Shown one piece after another: positions 60,607 through 64,000 of a stretch of 64,000 nucleotides of DNA. The DNA comes from Thermoanaerobaculia bacterium (GTDB lineage: Bacteria > Acidobacteriota > Thermoanaerobaculia > Gp7-AA8), in the NCBI GenBank assembly GCA_035629395.1, contig DASPHZ010000014.1, forward strand, positions 5,115 to 69,114, in the 5' to 3' direction. Numbering within the stretch: the first letter of the stretch is position 1; the number at the start of each line of letters is the position of its first letter. The translations under genes were made by a program, and so were the position numbers. The notes beneath the pieces are model-generated. The model was not told where the DNA came from. It was given only the letters and a program-made list of their open reading frames with translations, and did not search any database.

Positions 60607-61692
60607 ATGCGCCGAACCACCCGATCGACCTGGATCATCGTCGGAGCGATCCTCGCCGCCTCCCTGATCCTCGGCCCGATCTCCCTCGCCATCCTCGGCC
60701 TCAGCGCCGGTGACGGCTTCTTCGCGGGACTCGTCCTGGCGGTGCTGCCCGTCCCGTTCTACGTCGCTTTCGCATTGTGGGTCGACCGCTTCGAGTCCGA
60801 GCCGCCGTGGCTGCTCGTCGTGGCGTTCGTGTGGGGCGCGGCCATCGCGGTCTTCTTCTCGCTGCTCTTCAACATGGTGCACGAGGGCGTGCTCGCGGCG
60901 CTGACCGATCCCGCGTCGGCGTCGATGCTCACGGCGGTCCTCTCCGCACCGTTCATCGAAGAGCTGACCAAAGGCGCCGCGCTGCTGCTGCTCTTCGTGT
61001 GGAAGCGCGATCACTTCGACAACGTCACCGACGGCATCGTCTACGCGTCGATGATCGGACTCGGTTTCGCCATGACGGAAAACGTGCAGTACTACGGCGA
61101 AGCGTTCACCACCGACAACGGCTCGGGCGTGGCCGCGATCTTTTTCCTGCGCGGCATCATGGGACCGTTCTCGCATCCGCTCTTCACGAGCATGACCGGC
61201 ATCGGTTTCGGCATGGCGCGCGAGAGCAACCGCACGTCGACGAAGTGGCTCGCACCCATCGCGGGACTCGGCGGCGCGATGCTGCTGCATTCGCTGTGGA
61301 ACCTCTCCGCGAATGCCGGACTCGCGTTCTTCGCCGCGTATCTGCTGGTGATGATGCCCGCCTTCTTCGCGGTGATCGTGATCGCCGTCTTCTCGCTGCG
61401 CCGCGAGGCGATCGTCATCCGCCGCCATCTCGAAGCCGTGCTCGCGGAAGGAGTGCTCAGCCGCGACGACGTGGCCGTGCTCTGCTCCGTCCAACGCCGC
61501 ATCGCCACGACTTCACGCGCGCTGTTCGCGCGCGGCATCGGCCAATGGCGCGCCCGCCGCCGCTTCCACGCGCTCGCGACCGAGCTCGCCTTTCACTCCT
61601 GGCGCTGCAGCCGCGAAACGAGCGCGGACGCGGACGCCATTCACGCCGAGCTGCGCGAGGCGGTGCGCTCCGCCCGCGCGAAACTCGCGTAA
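60607..61692 (+). CDS. PrsW-family intramembrane glutamic protease
   Basis: Conserved EELTKG and FAMTEN motifs and a conserved His region (HSLWN) within multiple TM helices. Confidence 0.7.
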   Translation: MRRTTRSTWIIVGAILAASLILGPISLAILGLSAGDGFFAGLVLAVLPVPFYVAFALWVDRFESEPPWLLVVAFVWGAAIAVFFSLLFNMVHEGVLAALTDPASASMLTAVLSAPFIEELTKGAALLLLFVWKRDHFDNVTDGIVYASMIGLGFAMTENVQYYGEAFTTDNGSGVAAIFFLRGIMGPFSHPLFTSMTGIGFGMARESNRTSTKWLAPIAGLGGAMLLHSLWNLSANAGLAFFAAYLLVMMPAFFAVIVIAVFSLRREAIVIRRHLEAVLAEGVLSRDDVAVLCSVQRRIATTSRALFARGIGQWRARRRFHALATELAFHSWRCSRETSADADAIHAELREAVRSARAKLA

Positions 61693-61729
61693 AGCGGGGC
61701 GGCCGTTGCCGGCCACCCCGCTCCCGAGC

Positions 61730-62662
61730 TCAACGGCGGTAGTAGGTGTCGACGCGATCGATATCGCGCGCTTCGAAGACGCCACGGCGCGTCCAATCGC
61801 CCCAGATCTCGACGACGTCGCCGGCGCGGACGAGATCCGCTTCACGGTCGCGTGCGAACACGGTCACGAAGCTGCCGGTCGCCTCGTTGCGCACCACGAA
61901 CGAGTTGCGGCGATGGTCGACGCTCTCCACGACGCCGTACAGCTCACCGGTCGAGCGCTCGTCGTAGTAGTCGTAATAGCCCGCGTCGTTGTACCAGCCG
62001 CCGAGGCGGATGGAGAGGCCGATGCGGAACCGGTCGCGGTGGTAGTAGCGGGTGGGAACGTAGAACGGATAGCGCGCGCCGTCCACCCAGATGCGATAGC
62101 CGCCGCCGTACGGATGCACGCGCGACACGCGTCCGTGCGCGTAGTACGGCTGCCGGCCGGAGCGGTTGTTGTGGCGATAGGAATTGTCGTTGCGATACGA
62201 GCGGCCGGAGCGCGAGTCGTCACGGCGGTTGTCGTACCCGCGGTCATTCCCGCGGCGCGACTCCGTGCCGCGGCGTGATTCCGTGACGCGACGCGAGTCC
62301 GTGCCGCGGCGCGATTCCGTCACGCGACGCGAGTCCGTGCCGCGGCGTGATTCTGTATTGCGGCCCGACTCATCGCGCCACGCGCCGTTGCCGCGACGCT
62401 GGTCGCGCGTGCCGCGCACTTCGATCTCGCTGCCGCTCGAGCGTCGCGAGCGCTCCCGCACCGCCGCATCGTTTCGCGTTTCGTCACGGCGCGACCGTTC
62501 GCGCGTCGCGCTCGCACCCTCGCGGCGGATTGCGCCACCCTCGCTGCGACGTCCACGCGTCCCGTTCTCATGACGGGATTCTGCAAAAGCGGACACTCCG
62601 ACGAGCGCCGCGATCCCCACCGCCAGTGCGGTCCGTCCCGCTAACCTCTTCGTTTCACTCAC
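61730..62662 (-). CDS. Secreted protein with an Arg/Ser/Glu-rich low-complexity repeat region (SRRVTESRRGTD x3) and a Tyr/Trp-rich C-terminal domain
   Basis: Signal peptide MSETKRLAGRTALAVGIAALVGVSAFA. Contains three 36-bp tandem DNA repeats. Confidence 0.5.
   Translation of the reverse strand: MSETKRLAGRTALAVGIAALVGVSAFAESRHENGTRGRRSEGGAIRREGASATRERSRRDETRNDAAVRERSRRSSGSEIEVRGTRDQRRGNGAWRDESGRNTESRRGTDSRRVTESRRGTDSRRVTESRRGTESRRGNDRGYDNRRDDSRSGRSYRNDNSYRHNNRSGRQPYYAHGRVSRVHPYGGGYRIWVDGARYPFYVPTRYYHRDRFRIGLSIRLGGWYNDAGYYDYYDERSTGELYGVVESVDHRRNSFVVRNEATGSFVTVFARDREADLVRAGDVVEIWGDWTRRGVFEARDIDRVDTYYRR
62263..62370. repeat. 3 x 36-bp tandem repeat (CGCGA(C/G)TCCGTGCCGCGGCG(T/C)GATTCCGT(G/C)ACGCGA) inside the coding sequence
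   Basis: Read directly. In-frame, encoding 12-aa repeats. Confidence 0.7.
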
Positions 62663-62757
62663 GATAGCCCTCCAGGGTCGTTCATACTGCTGCCCCTGCT
62701 ATCGCAAGCGGAGCGCCGATCCCGGAGGCCGGCGCTCCGGGCGTACACTCGCGCCCC

Positions 62758-63684
62758 ATGGATCCATTGACGCACGCCCTCGCCGGCGCGGCGGTGGCGT
62801 GGAGCGTGAGCGGGCAGCGTCTCGGCAAACGCGCGCTGGTGCTCGGCGCGGTGGCGGGACTGCTCCCCGACCTCGACGTCTTCATCCGCAGCGCGAGCGA
62901 TCCGCTTCTGGCCATCGAGCATCATCGCGGGTTCACGCATTCGTTCGCGTTCGTGCCCATCGGCGGACTTCTCGCCGCGTTCCTCGCCGGCGCGCGCAAA
63001 GCGTGGCTGGCGGGCATCCTCGCCTACCTCACCCATCCGCTGCTCGACGCCTCGACGACCTACGGCACGCAGTTGTTCTGGCCGTTCCTCGATACACGCG
63101 TCGGCCTGGACGTCATCTCCATCGTCGATCCCATCTTCACCTTGATCCTGGCGATCGCGTGCATCGCGCGATGGAACCGTGCCGCGCTAGCGATCGCCGT
63201 GCTCTGGCTCGCACTCGGTTTCGTGCAGCGCGAGCGCGCCAGCGCCGCGCAACTGCAACTGGCGCGGCAACGCGGCGACCGCGTCGAGCGCGCGGCCGTC
63301 TTTCCGACGTTCGGCAACACCATCGTCTGGCGCTCGCTCTACAAAACGAACGGCATGCTGCGCATGGACCGCATCCGCGTGCCGTGGTTCGGAAGCGCGG
63401 CCATCGCGCAGGGATCAACGGTGCCGGACGCGATGCCGCGCCACAGCACAAACTCCGTCCGCGATCTCGAACGCTTCGCCTGGTTCTCCGACCGCTGGCT
63501 CGCACGCGATCCCGAAGACCCGACGCTCCTCGGCGATGCGCGCTATTCGCTGCACAACGATCGCTACAAACCGGTGTGGGGCATCCGCTTCACCCCGCAA
63601 ACGCGGTGGGTCGATCGCAGTCGCGAGCGCAGAGTCTCGCCGCGTGAAACGTGGGACGAGATCACCGGCAGACGATTCCGGTAG
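62758..63684 (+). CDS. Membrane-bound metal-dependent hydrolase, YdjM-like
   Basis: MDPLTHALAGAAVAW...HRGFTHS matches YdjM/DUF457-type hydrolases. Confidence 0.65.
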   Translation: MDPLTHALAGAAVAWSVSGQRLGKRALVLGAVAGLLPDLDVFIRSASDPLLAIEHHRGFTHSFAFVPIGGLLAAFLAGARKAWLAGILAYLTHPLLDASTTYGTQLFWPFLDTRVGLDVISIVDPIFTLILAIACIARWNRAALAIAVLWLALGFVQRERASAAQLQLARQRGDRVERAAVFPTFGNTIVWRSLYKTNGMLRMDRIRVPWFGSAAIAQGSTVPDAMPRHSTNSVRDLERFAWFSDRWLARDPEDPTLLGDARYSLHNDRYKPVWGIRFTPQTRWVDRSRERRVSPRETWDEITGRRFR

Positions 63685-63694
63685 GATCGCGCGC

Positions 63695-64000
63695 ATGCCG
63701 GTCTTCATCGCGATGCTGCGCGGAGTCAACGTGGGCGGCCATCAGAAGCTGACGAGTGCCGCGTTGAAAGAGGTCTGCGAAAGCGCCGGCTTCACCGCGG
63801 TGCGCACCTACCTGCAGAGCGGCAACGTCGTCTTCGCGAGCACGAGCCGCTCGCGCACCGCCATCGCCTCACGCCTGCGCGCGGCGCTCGCGAAACGCAC
63901 CGGCGTCGATGTCGCCGTGCTCCTGCGCACACCGGCTGATTTCCGCGCGGTGATCGACGAGAACCCGATGTCCGGCGCGGCCGAAGAGCAGCCGAACCGC
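63695..64000 (+). CDS. DUF1697-family protein, 3' end beyond window
   Basis: MPVFIAMLRGVNVGGHQKLTSAALKEVCESAGFTAVRTYLQSGNVVF is the conserved DUF1697 N-terminus. It runs off the window end. Confidence 0.6.
   Translation, partial: MPVFIAMLRGVNVGGHQKLTSAALKEVCESAGFTAVRTYLQSGNVVFASTSRSRTAIASRLRAALAKRTGVDVAVLLRTPADFRAVIDENPMSGAAEEQPNR

Overview
This is a very GC-rich bacterial chromosomal window. Third codon positions are almost all G/C, and every long ORF has an antisense shadow ORF. The gene content (TPR/winged-helix regulators, Calx-beta/Ig adhesin, many secreted hydrolases) fits a Gemmatimonadota-, Acidobacteriota- or Myxococcota-like soil organism, but that placement is a guess. I can support about 55 genes. 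Housekeeping genes include gatC-gatA, carA, a LolC/E permease, psd and a PolI-like 5'-3' exonuclease. There is a large complement of exported peptidases and hydrolases: M14, M13, S8 and M55 peptidases, two beta-lactamase-fold serine hydrolases, SGNH, SLT and AmiC-like enzymes. Regulatory genes include an OmpR-type two-component system with a co-transcribed YkgJ Cys-cluster protein, a CadC-like wHTH-TPR regulator, a TPR-GGDEF cyclase, and ArsR and AraC regulators. There is one RES-Xre type II toxin-antitoxin pair with a recognisable promoter and operator. The most system-like novelty is an RsbQ/D14/KAI2-type alpha/beta hydrolase translationally coupled to a soluble PAS histidine kinase. Other observations are a 4.3-kb adhesin gene with PATR, Ig, IPT and Calx-beta domains; a family of REP-like palindromic terminators sharing a CCCTCTCCCCGC...GGGGAGAGGG core; a G-rich heptamer hairpin; four about 80-bp tandem repeats with TTGACA cores; and three genes (AraC, S8 peptidase, a SEC-C-motif mini-gene) interrupted by single-base frameshifts at short homopolymers. 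I found no tRNA, rRNA, CRISPR or transposase genes.
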